DNA of 63,919 nucleotides, counting the filler, from Bigelowiella natans CCMP2755 (lineage: Eukaryota; Protista; Cercozoa), in the NCBI GenBank assembly GCA_000320545.1. It is 5 parts of 5 records of this genome, joined end to end, with 100 filler letters (N's around TTAATTAATTAA, not from the genome) between each part and the next. Parts side by side here need not be neighbours in the genome. Positions count along the whole stretch, not along the records: positions 23,006 to 53,086 come from ADNK01002579.1; positions 53,187 to 58,004 come from ADNK01001452.1; positions 58,105 to 62,372 come from ADNK01003635.1; positions 62,473 to 63,919 come from ADNK01001042.1; 1 more part is not named here. One strand, written 5' to 3'. The translations under genes were made by a program, and so were the position numbers. Position 1 is the stretch's first letter. Every line of letters starts with the position of its first letter. The notes beneath the pieces were generated by a model. It did not search any database. It was given only the letters and a program-made list of their open reading frames with translations, and was not told the DNA's origin. This document shows, piece after piece, positions 51,932-63,919 of this stretch.

Positions 51932-52263
51932 TATTATAGAGCGAGAGAGAACAATAATATTAGCTTCCAACTTGATTAGATTTTACAGCGTAGAAGCAAC
52001 AGTAACTTGCATTTTGCGTCTTGGGTTCATTCTTGTACCAATATTGTATATATTTGCGCATCAAGGTCATCATCGTCATAATCATAAGATCGTCACGTTT
52101 TGGTGTTAAGGAACGATCGATCCCCATTCAAGCTATACTCACCGCTCATAACCAGCTTTCCTAGAGCTGTCAAAGCAACCTAATAATGACATAGTACCGA
52201 CCTCTTCCTCAACTTCACGATTACCAGTGTAACACACACGCACACACTCACACACACACACAC

Positions 52264-52322
<59 letters not shown>

Positions 52323-52472
52323 TATAACAAATCCCACGCATGCATTTATTCATACATACGCATTCAAGCATACAATCAGCCGCAAACCTTCTTCTGGAAA
52401 CCGGAGAGAAATTCTGGGTACTTATTCATCCAAACCTTTGAAGGAGGAATCGTTACGTCGGTGATATTGATA

Positions 52473-52503
<31 letters not shown>

Positions 52504-52963
52504 CGATGACGATGGTGATAATGGGTGGTGGTGGTGATGGTGACTATACGCTTCAAAGAAATAATTGAGCTGCTGCTGAATTAAACATAGAGAAATAATG
52601 GCGCGAAGGAGTGTGGGGTAACAGTATCTGTATTTTCCCTTCCCATTCTAGCACGCACTCATTACAAATACACACGCGCACGCGCACATACGAACGCATC
52701 GATCGAGAAATAGCAAAGATGTTGACAAGGCAATCATGTTCGATAGCCCGCACTACAACCTGCAATGTTGGTATTAGAGCTGATGGGCCTAGAAGCACAC
52801 GTGCAGATGAAACAGATGAGAAGAGAAGAGAGGAGGAGGAGGAGGAGGAGGAGGAGGAGGAGGAGGAAATGAAATAATTATATGGGCATGTCTTGCTAAA
52901 GACGTGTTTGCCAGTCAAGAGAGCAAATCCACCTTTCGAGCCCAACTGCGTGTTTGCCATAAC
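50421..52963 (-). CDS. IPO9: importin-9-like protein, C-terminal exons (5' part lost at contig break)
   Basis: VWMNKYPEFLSGFQKK, VVNVTLATRICELLCAEF, AEEDPEIKNDPLYQVKLLDF (cf. IPO9 DPDALKDPLYQIDL) and terminal EMTNEGRDMLQTAM..*. Confidence 0.7.
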
Positions 52964-53053
52964 CTGAGAGTGAGAAGCAACACAGCATTATAGGGGCACA
53001 CATGTTCTGTTTGCGAGAGTATTGTTTGTCGTGGGGTTGTCGGGGTTGCGAAA

Positions 53054-53086
<33 letters not shown>

Positions 53087-53186
53087 NNNNNNNNNNNNNN
53101 NNNNNNNNNNNNNNNNNNNNNNNNNNNNNNTTAATTAATTAANNNNNNNNNNNNNNNNNNNNNNNNNNNNNNNNNNNNNNNNNNNN
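53087..53186. other. artificial contig linker
   Basis: N44-TTAATTAATTAA-N44. Confidence 0.97.
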
Positions 53187-53217
<31 letters not shown>

Positions 53218-53244
53218 TATACAGGGAGAGACATGCAGGGCGGT

Positions 53245-53295
<51 letters not shown>

Positions 53296-53397
53296 GGGGG
53301 GCGGAGGAAGCTGAAGACTCATGGTTGTGCAAATCGTATCCATCATGATCTCCATTGTCCAGACAAACCATCATCATTGGACGAATGCTGCACGATA

Positions 53398-53702
53398 CCG
53401 TGGCAGTAGATTAGCAGATGAGTTGCCTTGGGCTGCTCGAAGAACGTACCTACAGCGCGTCAGTCGTCCACCATAGAATTAGCAAACCAACACGAGAGGA
53501 GGAAAGAAGGAATGGATAAGAGCGCGCTGCGGATGCAAGCTTCGCGGTAGAGCATTAGTCGTTTGGTCATGGAAACCTACTACTTTTGACTTACATGGAA
53601 TCTTGGTCTTCGAGTCGGTAGGCAGCCATACTAGGTTCTGAAGCCCCTATTATATGTAACAACAAACAGTGCGGAGAAAAGGGAGAAATGGACATTGTCC
53701 AT
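53398..53702 (-). CDS. 5' exons of a probable ABHD17/ABHD13-like alpha/beta hydrolase (truncated by the gap)
   Basis: Spliced fragments LVWLPTDSKTKIP and GTFFEQPKATHLLIYCH(G) resemble the N-terminal ...LLYSHGN region of this family. Confidence 0.45.
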
Positions 53703-53879
53703 GTCGTTTTCTAAAACGCTATGCCTTATAAAAGCTTGAATTAACTTTTCAATTATGGAATAGTAGTTTATCAAAAACTTTGATCTTCGACTGCGCTACG
53801 AATTCGTCTGGATCGATCACTTCCGTTGAAAGACTCTATGGAAAAAGCAGATTATTCGGCATCATCATCACCCATTCTT

Positions 53880-54700
53880 ACCGGTTTGTAACGTGCCGGC
53901 TGCGGGGCGGGAAATAGTGCCTGATTGAATTGAGTACAAAGATGAAAAAATCACGATTTCAGTCACTCTCTTTTCATCGCAGCCTCCTGCACCCCCATAA
54001 CGCATGCTCATCGACACATTGTTGCTCGAAGTGGATTTTGGAAAGAGCTTCATTCGGACTCCCGTTTGTGAGGACCCCGTTCAACTCTCCACCCCATTAT
54101 TAGGATATAGAGCTTCATTCGGACTCCCGTTTGTGAGGACCCCGTTCAACTCTCCACCCCATTATTAGGATATCTGTAAAACTATCCTATACATTTTTTT
54201 AAAAATGAAATCCTCCGGATCTAAGCCTGCAAAGGAGGCAATGCGACCCTATCTAAGAGGGGCTTGAGGACGCCCGTCCCCATCGTTCCCCCGTTTGTTC
54301 CGAGTAGCGCTTGATATGCATGTCGCAGGGATGAAAACACACCGTTTCTTCCCTATCCCTGCACCTTGCAAAGAAAGATTAACAGTCATGCAAAGGCGAC
54401 GCCAGCGGAGTTTCCCTTGTCGTAGATAGGAGATCGATGGTTTTTCTTCCGAAGATTCCACCCTCGCAAGATTTCAGAAAAAGGAAGGGGGTTTTATCTG
54501 CTGCGACACAAATCAGGACAAAGTAACGGCCTCTTCCCCGTTACGTCTCGTGAACAATTTCTCTCATCATTTCTTTCTTTCTTGCGAACAATTTTTCTCT
54601 CCTCTTTCTTTTCATCCTTCGCTGGCCGCGTCGTGATGTAGCAGCCTCGTACTGTCGGTGATGCCAAGGAAGCACAACGCTGCCACCCGCTCCAAGAGGC
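53880..54700 (+). pseudogene. decayed C2H2 zinc-finger array (about six fingers)
   Basis: CNVP(G)CG (53886); SLSFHRSLLH; FGKSFIRTPVCED (~54037); RPHRS..ALDMHVAGM; YPCT.CKERLTVMQRRRQ (54354); FPCRR*EIDGFSSEDSTLAR (54412). Confidence 0.65.
54044..54173 (+). repeat. perfect 65-bp tandem duplication
   Basis: AGAGCTTCATTCGGACTCCCG...ATTATTAGGATAT at 54044-54108 and again at 54109-54173. Confidence 0.95.
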
Positions 54701-54798
54701 GACGCAGGCCTGCTCCTTCCCAGGGACAGCAGAACGATGGAGACCCTGGTATGGTGATCGCAGGGTCGAGGCCAGCTCAAGCGACGATAACAAAGCGG

Positions 54799-55254
54799 AT
54801 GATGTACCCACACGGAAGAGCCTCTCTTTCGGTAATGCAGGCCTGTGAATTGCTTCTTTGAGTGTTTTTGGAACTAGCCCTCTAGAGAAAACGTAAGATC
54901 AAACATGAAGCTGTTTCAGTTCCGGTCCAGATTGTTTTAAAGGAGGATGTTCTGTCCCGCACAACGTGCGTGCGTGTGCGAAGATTTTCATGCGTGTTGA
55001 ATGTGTACACGTGTGTGTCCTCTTCAACGGCAGCAGTACAAATTCGATCTGACGAAATACGTATTAGCGTAATACATCAGATGACTTTTTGTATGTAAAA
55101 TTTTACAAGCAATTCTTTGTATACCATCTTCTTACTCCTTAATTACTGTACTTGCAGAAAAGTGATGCCAAAGTGGTGGAAAGCAGGCTTCCGCAGCTAC
55201 AGCACGCAGCCAAACCACACCGAGAAATATGGGACAGTAGAGTGAACGCTTGCA

Positions 55255-55292
<38 letters not shown>

Positions 55293-56592
55293 TTTGAGGC
55301 GGTAGTATTAGTGTTGGGCTAGATGTCGAAATGAAAGAGCTATAGAATGCTAATGATTAGAGCTCTGAGAGATGTTTGTGCGTTCTTACAGCGCATCTAC
55401 TGTCAAATTTTAGCCTCATTCCAAATATTGCTTGATGTCCAAAAGTTTCAGAGTTATTTATTTTGAGTGCGAATCAATCTTCGCCGTTTTCATTGTTACC
55501 TCGTACCCTATCATCGTCTACAGGCAGATTTGATCGCTGACATCGAGCGGCGAGCCCTCTTCCACAACGACAGGGAGGGCACACCCAGCTCGCCCTCCAC
55601 ACAGAGGCAGAGAAGCCAATTACTACCGCTGACGCCTCCGCGGAAGAAGTATAACTTGGCCTCCCGGCCCGGAAAGAGCGCATTCAGGAAGAAGAGTTCT
55701 TCGTCGGACGCGAACGTAGCGAAGAAAACGGTCTCTTTCGCAAACAGCAATGACGAGAGGCAGCCGCAGTTGCAGCGCCTGCTCCCCAACCAGCAGGAGG
55801 CAAAGCGCGCGAAACCGAAGCTTCCCCCTGCTGGTGGCCTTCTTCCTCCTTTCGGCCGTGCTCACGGCCCTCCTGGTTCTCGTAAAGATCAGGAGGAGTT
55901 GCCCCTACTCGCTGACAACGAAGATGACAATACTACGGCAGCAAGGAGAGGGGGTCAGCATCAGCTATCCGAGCAAGCTCTGATGGAGGGATTGCTCGAT
56001 GGGGTTGATCGTCAGGTAGCGATACATAAACAGACAGGCAGTAGTGGTAGTAGTAGTAGTAGTAGTAGTAGTAGTACTCGTCGTTAAAGCAGCGACTAGT
56101 GGCAATGCCGCTTGCGTACTACTACCGCTGACATTCCCCTGCCTTGTAGGACTGACAGCACTCATCAATGTGAGCAATACCAACAGTAACAATAACAAAA
56201 TAGTAACGGCGGCGACCATAGCGCTGTCTAGTCTTCATCCTGCAGCACGCAACATATCCCCCCCCCCCTCTCGCGACCAATCCGAATCGCTTCTCTGACC
56301 CTTCCTCCGGTAGGTGAGAGACGACTTCCGCGGATTCACTCTCGAGGATTTCTACTCGCTTACCAGGCAAGATATGATCGATATTTGCGGGCCAGCTCAG
56401 GTAGGGGGGTGCGACATACGCGCGCAAGGAGCGATGGCCGCTCGTAGCAGAAGTGTGTCCTCCGTGTAGCCAGTAGACGTAGAGTCTCCTGGCAAGTTGG
56501 GTTGATGTTGATACACATGCATGGGCACACGCACGCTATCACACACACACACACACACACGTGAATACATGTATCTGAGAAAGAAAGAGAAA

Positions 56593-56633
<41 letters not shown>

Positions 56634-56738
56634 GGAAGAGAGTCAGTTTTAATTCCTCGCTATTTTTCCATTTTCGAATGCGTTGTGCGCTGGTTATCAC
56701 ATGCAACTGATCCAGCGGAAATGCTCTTATACATATGC

Positions 56739-56778
<40 letters not shown>

Positions 56779-56841
56779 TAGGGGTTAATTCTCTTCCGCC
56801 GGACCCAGGCGCAGGCAGCTGAATTTTTGCATCGTGCCTGA
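54799..56841 (+). CDS. protein with a C-terminal CP2/LSF-type SAM-like domain, multi-exon
   Basis: VRDDFRGFTLEDFYSLTRQDMIDICGPAQ|GLILFRR resembles the CP2 SAM motif FSGADLLKLTRDD.IQICGPADGIRLF. The upstream basic, Pro-rich exon spans 55523-56015. Confidence 0.7.
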
Positions 56842-57450
56842 GAATCGATCTCAATAGTGAGCTACGATTGGTGCGCAGACAGTGTGCATACACATGTAAA
56901 TAGCAAATGATGTGTCCCCGAACTTGTTTTCTGGGGCATCGGCATCAGATCTCCGGTGGGATGACTTTCTGACTAATGTACGTATGTCGGAAGAGAACGA
57001 AGAAACTCACGTTGTACATCAACATTTTTAGACACTTTGCGTATGAAGTTGCATTAGTTACATTGGCAAATCAGTAGTTTGCTCGCCGCAGCCGAGCACA
57101 GGATCTACCGGCTCTATCGACTATTGCCATCCGGTCCTTGTCCCTCCATTGATTAGCACGCATGCATGTGCACAATGATGATGGTGGCGCAGTTAGGCTC
57201 TCTTGCCGCTTCGATGAAGGCACATTCACAGTCGGCTACGTATGATATGCACAAACAACGCAAGCATGAGATGCATCTAGCCGCTCGACAGCGGTCTCAT
57301 GACGACAGCACTGATCACGCCTCCAATGCGAAACATGCATGGCCTAGAAGTGCGTGACATAGTGACGCTAGTAGTGCAAATGAACGTAAAGCGTATAGCT
57401 CTCGCGATCTAGATATGCTTGTGATCCAGTTTAAGAAAATACATTTGAAT

Positions 57451-57491
<41 letters not shown>

Positions 57492-57601
57492 TACATATAT
57501 ACATACACATATATATTATCATTAGCGCTGTAGCCGCTGCATTTCACAGCTACATAAGGATGACTATTGAGCAAATTTAATTGATTATTTACATCCGTCT
57601 A

Positions 57602-57639
<38 letters not shown>

Positions 57640-57878
57640 CAGCATATATAACACATAATGATGTTTTAAGTATCATATGCTACGTTGCGTGACCCCGCAG
57701 CGCCGGTTCGCGATTGTTCCAATTTATAGTTTATTGAGGACGCATCGTGTAGAGCATGCCTACTTGCACGACCGGCCTGAGCAGCAGCAGCAGCCCGCTG
57801 GTGAGACCATTCGTTCTATTTCTTTTGGAAGAAGTTTTCCACAAAGTGCCAGCTGAGCTTGTTCCCGTAGTATGATAT

Positions 57879-57992
<114 letters not shown>

Positions 57993-58004
57993 TATATTTG
58001 TGTC

Positions 58005-58104
58005 NNNNNNNNNNNNNNNNNNNNNNNNNNNNNNNNNNNNNNNNNNNNTTAATTAATTAANNNNNNNNNNNNNNNNNNNNNNNNNNNNNNNNNNNNNNNN
58101 NNNN
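58005..58104. other. artificial contig linker
   Basis: N44-TTAATTAATTAA-N44. Confidence 0.97.
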
Positions 58105-58354
58105 GCCGGGACAAGGAGCTGCAGCATACATCTCGACCCAGGCAAGCAGAAGGAATTCATCCGGAGAGTCGTTGGACACTGGGTACGCTTCGAAGAAGAA
58201 AACCCCGCACAAAAATGAGGATTAAAAACTATTGTGAGATGGCTCGTGAGCCAAGGAACTGCGGTGATTTTTCGTTCGGGTGGCGCAAATAATACCATGG
58301 TTTTTGGATCCGGTTGCTCTGTCAAATGTCTCGTGTAGCGCCTTTCAACACACG

Positions 58355-58386
<32 letters not shown>

Positions 58387-59299
58387 TGCTCACACACATG
58401 CAGGTTCGATGGATCTACTACAACGAAACGAGCGCGTTCCAAGAGATGAGCTCGGTGAGAATTCAGAGAGCATCGGCATCAGAGCGAATCGCCATGCATA
58501 AATCATCTTGTCGCTGTTTCTTCTCATAGCCTCCCGCCATCCGATTTCAGCCATTCTCTCAGTCTTTTTCTCTCCACTGCAAGATTTCTTATGTTTAATG
58601 TTGTTCACCTTTGATGTAAACAAATACTCAATCTCCCCTCAACCCCCTCCCTCCTCTCTCTTTTTGCACGCATCGTAGGTGGTGCTAGCTGCCAGCGATT
58701 ACGTGACCTACAACCAACGATCTTGCGAGATATTTAGGAACCTCCCCTAGGCAGCAGAAGGGGGGGGGGGAGGAAAAGCTACGGCAAGGATGATGATAAG
58801 ATCACATCAAGACCCAATATCAGCAGATCTCCTCCTCCCTCAGCTGTTCAATTTTTGCCCCGCGTCATCTATCTATCGATTTTTCTATTTATTTTTCGGT
58901 AGTTTTACAGGATGCGGCCGTTCTCACCACCCCCTTTTCACTTGCAATAAACCTCGAACACACAACTATACACACACCACCCTCCGACCCTCTCCCGTTT
59001 CAGCCCCGTTCTTCGGATGCGAAGAAGGACGGGTACAGTCGTGTTCGTCTTCACTAGTGAGACAACACGGTTGTCAGCACAATCATCATCATCTGCGCGA
59101 GAGTGTGTTGTCGTTAGCTCTCTGTGCATTCGCCTCGGTCTGTGCGAGACACTACGATGCCCGACCTTGGGCGAAGTCCCAACAAACTCTTTTTTTTTTA
59201 ACCATTTGGTCGTCGTCGTTTGTGCGAACTGCGCTTCTTTTACGCCTGAGTTACAGATGGCGGGAGCTGCAACAAGCGACTAACCCCCGCCAGCAATGA
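58105..59299 (+). CDS. 3' exons of an unknown gene
   Basis: Short AG/GT-flanked open segments (VRWIYYNETSAFQEMSS; VVLAASDY). Family not recognised. Confidence 0.4.
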
Positions 59300-60239
59300 G
59301 AATGTGAACACAAATTTTCCTTTTGAACAAAGAAGTCTCAAAAGCTGATGCGCACGAGGTACGTGATGTGTTCGGTAGCGCTGTGCATGCATGCAGATTG
59401 CATGTGGGTGTGTGTGCGCGCGCGCGTGCGTGTGTTCTTGTGCACTGCTTTCCCCATGGTCATTTTGAGTTGTCTCATTGCACGCTTGTCAATTACCGGC
59501 TGGCGCAACCGCAACGCGATGCAGGTGCTGTGCCATTCTAGCATGGGAGCATGCGCCATGCGCCCTGACGTCCACACGTGCTAGCGTGCCAGCATTGCGC
59601 ACGGCGCGGGGCGAGCAAATCGGGCTCACGTGCGCTGTGCACACGATGCCGCCTGCTAGCGTGCGTGTTCCAGCATGGCTGTGCGGATTGACGCAACGTG
59701 CAAGTGTAGCAAGTGCGTGCACTCAAACGTGACAAGCTGCTGGAGTGAAAAACAGCACGTGGCACGTTGCGTGTTGGTCCACTTCACACGCGTTCACATC
59801 AGTGAGAACAGGCGCGCACGCGTGCACGCAGCATTGTTCGGAATTCATTGTCACGAGCTGCTAGCTGCAGCCAGCAGACGTGATTGTCGCCGGATCGCCA
59901 CAACAAGCATCCCTGTCACACCCTCTCACTCTCCGGTGGTCCTGGTGCTGAACCATTTCTGAGGCTTGCCCTTCTTGAGCGCCACGCTGACGGCTGAATG
60001 AGTGAATGACTGAATGAAGCAGTTCCAACAGTGCAGTTGAAAACAGGAGAAGAAGAGGAGAAAGAAGAAGAAGAATTGTTTCATCAAGGAAGGTTGCACG
60101 ACGTCGCGACTGCATCGATCATCAGCTTGTACACATCGCAGAGCTCCGCCACACATCGACGGAAAGTCGACCTTGACCGATTTGCCACAGTTAGACAAAA
60201 ATATTTAGTCACATTCAGGTGAAAACAACGATGAATTTA

Positions 60240-60680
60240 GCAGTTGTGGGGAAGTTCAGCGACGTCGAAGAGTCGGAGGCCCTTCTTCTCAAGCGACAAG
60301 GAGCATCTATCTCCGAAAAAGGAAACAGGGCCAAAATATAAAAGAAGTTTTCGGCATAAATTGCTCCACGATTCTTGATTTGAGCTCTCCGAGTTGCGGT
60401 ACAATCGTCCGCTTTGGTGCAGGGCATGAAGGTATAAAAAACCCATAAAATATCCTAAAAATATTTTTTAAAATCCAAAGACCTCGTGTGAACAATTTCC
60501 GATCGGCTCTCGGTGGAGAAGAGTCTCCCGTCGGCTCAATCGCCCGCTCGTCCCACCGTGCGGAACGGCGTCGGTCGATGGTTAATGGAGCAGGCAGAGT
60601 ACCTCTGGCAATCGGAGGGGCAAGTACAATCTCTGTGCTCGTAGCTGTGGTTGGTTTACCCATCATTAACGCAAATGCAC
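60240..60680 (+). pseudogene. decayed C2H2 zinc-finger array
   Basis: CG.KFSDVEESEALLLKRQ (~60245); CEQFPIGSRWRRVSRRL (60487); YNLCARSCGWFTHH*RK (60626). Spacing is canonical, with mostly single-base losses of C, F and H. Confidence 0.55.
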
Positions 60681-60844
60681 GCGCCACAGCTCATTTCGTC
60701 GATCATACCCTACTATGTTCATAAAGGCCGCGGCCGTGGCCTCATGGCAGATGGCTTGTATCTATGGTGGAAGCGAAGGACCTGAATATAGGGAGGGCTC
60801 CGTGAGGTAGCAAGGCGAAATCTCTGTCGTGATTCTGCCGCAGC

Positions 60845-60914
60845 ATGGAAGATGATTTACTACAAGACCTGCGGATGTGTCATAAAATCATACACATGAA
60901 CATGTATTTATATT

Positions 60915-60978
<64 letters not shown>

Positions 60979-60991
60979 GTGCATTGTGCAC

Positions 60992-61042
<51 letters not shown>

Positions 61043-62372
61043 CAGGGCAATTACCGGAAGGCACCGCAAAGAATGTCCGGGCCTTCACGTCGCCTTCACG
61101 CTCATGGAGGAATGGTGCTGCTTCGAATGCAAATATATTGGAAATCAACATCGCGGACGTCATACCCCCCCTCCTTTCCCTCCCCCCCCTCCTTCCCCTC
61201 CCCCCCCTCCCTCCAATTACATCAGGCAACTTGAGGCGGCGCGAGATCACCTCAAAAAGGGGTTCGAGGAAATGGTCCACAATCCGTTGCCGCAACAAGA
61301 ACAGACACAATGTCTTCAAGCAATGCTGAAACTCAACATGGACGTCCCGTTTTTGCGGGCTGCTCTCTCACTGGCACACCGCCATCAGCAGCGGCAGCAG
61401 CAAAAAGGGGGGAGGCGAGAACATAGAGACGGGATCAGGGAGAAAGTGGCCGCCGATGCCCAGATGCAAGGCGAGCAGAGTAGGGTATGGGAGCACACGA
61501 CGCCAGAGGAGGAGGAGGTGGAGGAGGAGGAGGAGGAGGACGAGTCTCCGCTCGATGATATGCTCCTAGAGGCGTATATTGAAACTACCGCGCTCTGGTT
61601 GGAATGCGAAATGCACATGTCATCATTATTCTTGTCATCAGTCCGTTCCTGACTGTAGTCTCACGCGAAGGGAGTGAGAAGGGGAGAGAGGTGGGGGGAA
61701 CATCAAGAAGAAGCACCGACATTTGCCGTGGTGTGAGGCCGTCTAGTTTGATAATTCTCATTATTCCGTGTTTCCTTATGTTTTCGCTTTGTTTTTCCGC
61801 TTGAATGAAGCACACTGGACTTGCCAACCAAGATCGGAGAGGAGGGTGAGGAGGAAGGGGCGGGGCTTGCCAACGACGCCTCCTCCTCATCCTTTGAGCC
61901 TCTGCATTTGGTGAGAGGCATAATGATGATGATGATGATGATGATGATGATGGTGATGATGGTAATGATGAGGAAGAGGAGGAGGAGAATTAAAAACCAA
62001 AAAAAACAGCAGCAACAGCAGCGAACATCGGGGCATTTCGATCCATTTATTCATGCTTCTCTTCGCTCGCAGCAGCCAAATCTAACGGGGTCAGGCACGA
62101 ATATAAGCAGCCATATTCCTCTTCTCATCATTTTCGTCGCCATCACCCATACCATGTACCACAGGCCCTCTATGATGCGCCTCTCGGGGTCGGTCTCTCG
62201 TCGTGGTGCCGCCGTCTTGAGAAGAAGAGGAGAAGGGAGGAGGGGGATGGGCATGGCTCGTCGTCGTTCATCAGTTGTGCAGACTGGCAGCCTGTCCTCG
62301 CGATGCTGCTCTTCGTATTCGAACGGTACTACGATGTGCTCGGGTGCACGTAATATATCTGGTGTGAATGAG
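60845..62372 (+). CDS. 5' part of an unknown multi-exon gene (truncated by the gap)
   Basis: MEDDLLQDLR|MAITGRHRKECPGLHVAFTLMEEW|QLEAARDHLKKGF...LLEAYIETTALWLECE. Confidence 0.55.
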
Positions 62373-62472
62373 NNNNNNNNNNNNNNNNNNNNNNNNNNNN
62401 NNNNNNNNNNNNNNNNTTAATTAATTAANNNNNNNNNNNNNNNNNNNNNNNNNNNNNNNNNNNNNNNNNNNN
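62373..62472. other. artificial contig linker
   Basis: N44-TTAATTAATTAA-N44. Confidence 0.97.
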
Positions 62473-62580
62473 AGTTCTCTCTCTCTCTCTCTCGATCTGT
62501 GTGTGTGTGTGTGTGTGTATATACATATATATATACATACACACATATATATATATATCACACACACACACACTCTCTCT

Positions 62581-62630
<50 letters not shown>

Positions 62631-62766
62631 CAATATATACATAATAACATATATACATAGAGAAAAATATCTACATGCATGCATTATCATCGATCTTCAT
62701 GCTCACCAAACACACCCTCATCATCATCGCCATCATCACCATCATCACCATCACTTTCATCGAGAC

Positions 62767-62974
62767 CTGTGTAACGAGCTTCAAGGAGTCCACGTAGTGA
62801 TCTCCCACATGCCCGAGGAGGTCAGACAGAAACAGCTTGCTCTCCAGCGAGTGCTTGATTAGCACCTCCCACAGCTCATCGTCATTGGACGATTCCACGA
62901 ATCTAACGAGAAGTAGTAGTCGCAGCAGCAGTGAGAGGAGAAGGAGGAAGAGGGAGGGGGAGGTGATTAGAGCT

Positions 62975-63013
<39 letters not shown>

Positions 63014-63360
63014 ATTACTAATTAAATTGTATTAGGGATTCACTTCTTCTTCTTGTTTGTTTTTAATGTTGTTGTTGTTGTTGTTGTTATCATTGCTCTC
63101 TTACTCTATAGCCCTCTTCACGTCCTGCAGCTTGTAGATGATGATCATCAGCGCATCGGAGGCGCTGTGTTTGGTTTGCAATTGAATTTCGAGCAACGGA
63201 ATGTTGAGCTTCCAGGAGTACCGTTGGTGGAGGAGGAGGAGGAGGAGGAAGGGCACAGAGACCGACAAAATCAAATAATCAAAGGCAATCGAGGAAGAGG
63301 AAGGAAGAAAGAAAAAAGGCATGATACGCGCATACACACACACACACACATTCATACAAT

Positions 63361-63396
<36 letters not shown>

Positions 63397-63596
63397 TCTA
63401 TCGTCGCTCCACCCCCCACCTGCCCATACGGTTGAGGATAAACACCATCTCGTTGTAAAGTTTTCGGGTCTGACGATGATATCGACGGCGACGGCAAAAC
63501 ACACACACCAAGGAGAAAACCATCAAATCAGCGCATTATCGGTGCAAAAATATAGTTATATATCATGGTATTAAATCAGGGGGGAGGGGAGAGAGA

Positions 63597-63632
<36 letters not shown>

Positions 63633-63820
63633 CAGCAAAAGAAATTAGAATCCTAATCATGATGATGATGATGACGATGATGATGATGATGAAGATGATG
63701 ACGGATGGTCCTCTCTCCATGTACCTTGCATAGTTTGAGCGCCTCCTCGAGATCATAGAAGTTTGAGCTCCGAAGGAAGTTCAGCAGTAACACCGGCTCG
63801 TAGAGCGCATACAGCTCCAC
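62767..63820 (-). CDS. VPS41: vacuolar protein sorting 41 (HOPS subunit), internal CHCR exons
   Basis: VELYALYEPVLLLNFLRSSNFYDLEEALKLCK|TRKLYNEMVFILNR..DALMIIIYKLQDVKRAIE|FVESSNDDELWEVLIKHSL matches the Vps41 CHCR region. Confidence 0.9.
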
Positions 63821-63845
63821 CTGCGACACAAATCACCACCGCAGG

Positions 63846-63904
<59 letters not shown>

Positions 63905-63919
63905 TATTGTGTTGCGTAT

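Noticed and set aside
54044-54173. Direct repeat as a CRISPR array or LTR
   Set aside because: Two abutting copies with no spacer, no cas genes, and a eukaryotic context.
57731-57870. Possible terminal exon of a minus-strand gene
   Set aside because: Short, no recognisable motif, and cut by the gap; insufficient support.

Overview
Eukaryotic nuclear DNA from an intron-rich, microsatellite-rich unicellular eukaryote. A chlorarachniophyte/rhizarian-type protist is plausible but untested. The window is five contigs joined by artificial 100-bp linkers (N44-TTAATTAATTAA-N44). About 20 mostly spliced genes were reconstructed by eye: an inward-rectifier K+ channel, an intronless MFS inositol/sugar transporter, a TACC coiled-coil protein, PTER (3' part), an RWDD2/DUF1115 protein, a tandem chorismate-lyase-like protein, an alpha/beta hydrolase, a PAN+FkbM methyltransferase, a DUF5692-like membrane protein, an ankyrin protein, N-acylglucosamine 2-epimerase, a C2H2 transcription factor, importin-9 (3' part), a CP2-type SAM-domain protein and VPS41 (internal part). 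The most striking unexplained pattern is architectural. Essentially every gene 5'/promoter interval contains a decayed C2H2 zinc-finger-coding array, co-oriented with a neighbouring gene and sometimes apparently extending into its first exon. Nearly every visible gene 3' flank carries a TGCA/CATG/CTAG/AGCT palindrome-rich tract. Exon boundaries are manual and approximate; no searches were run.
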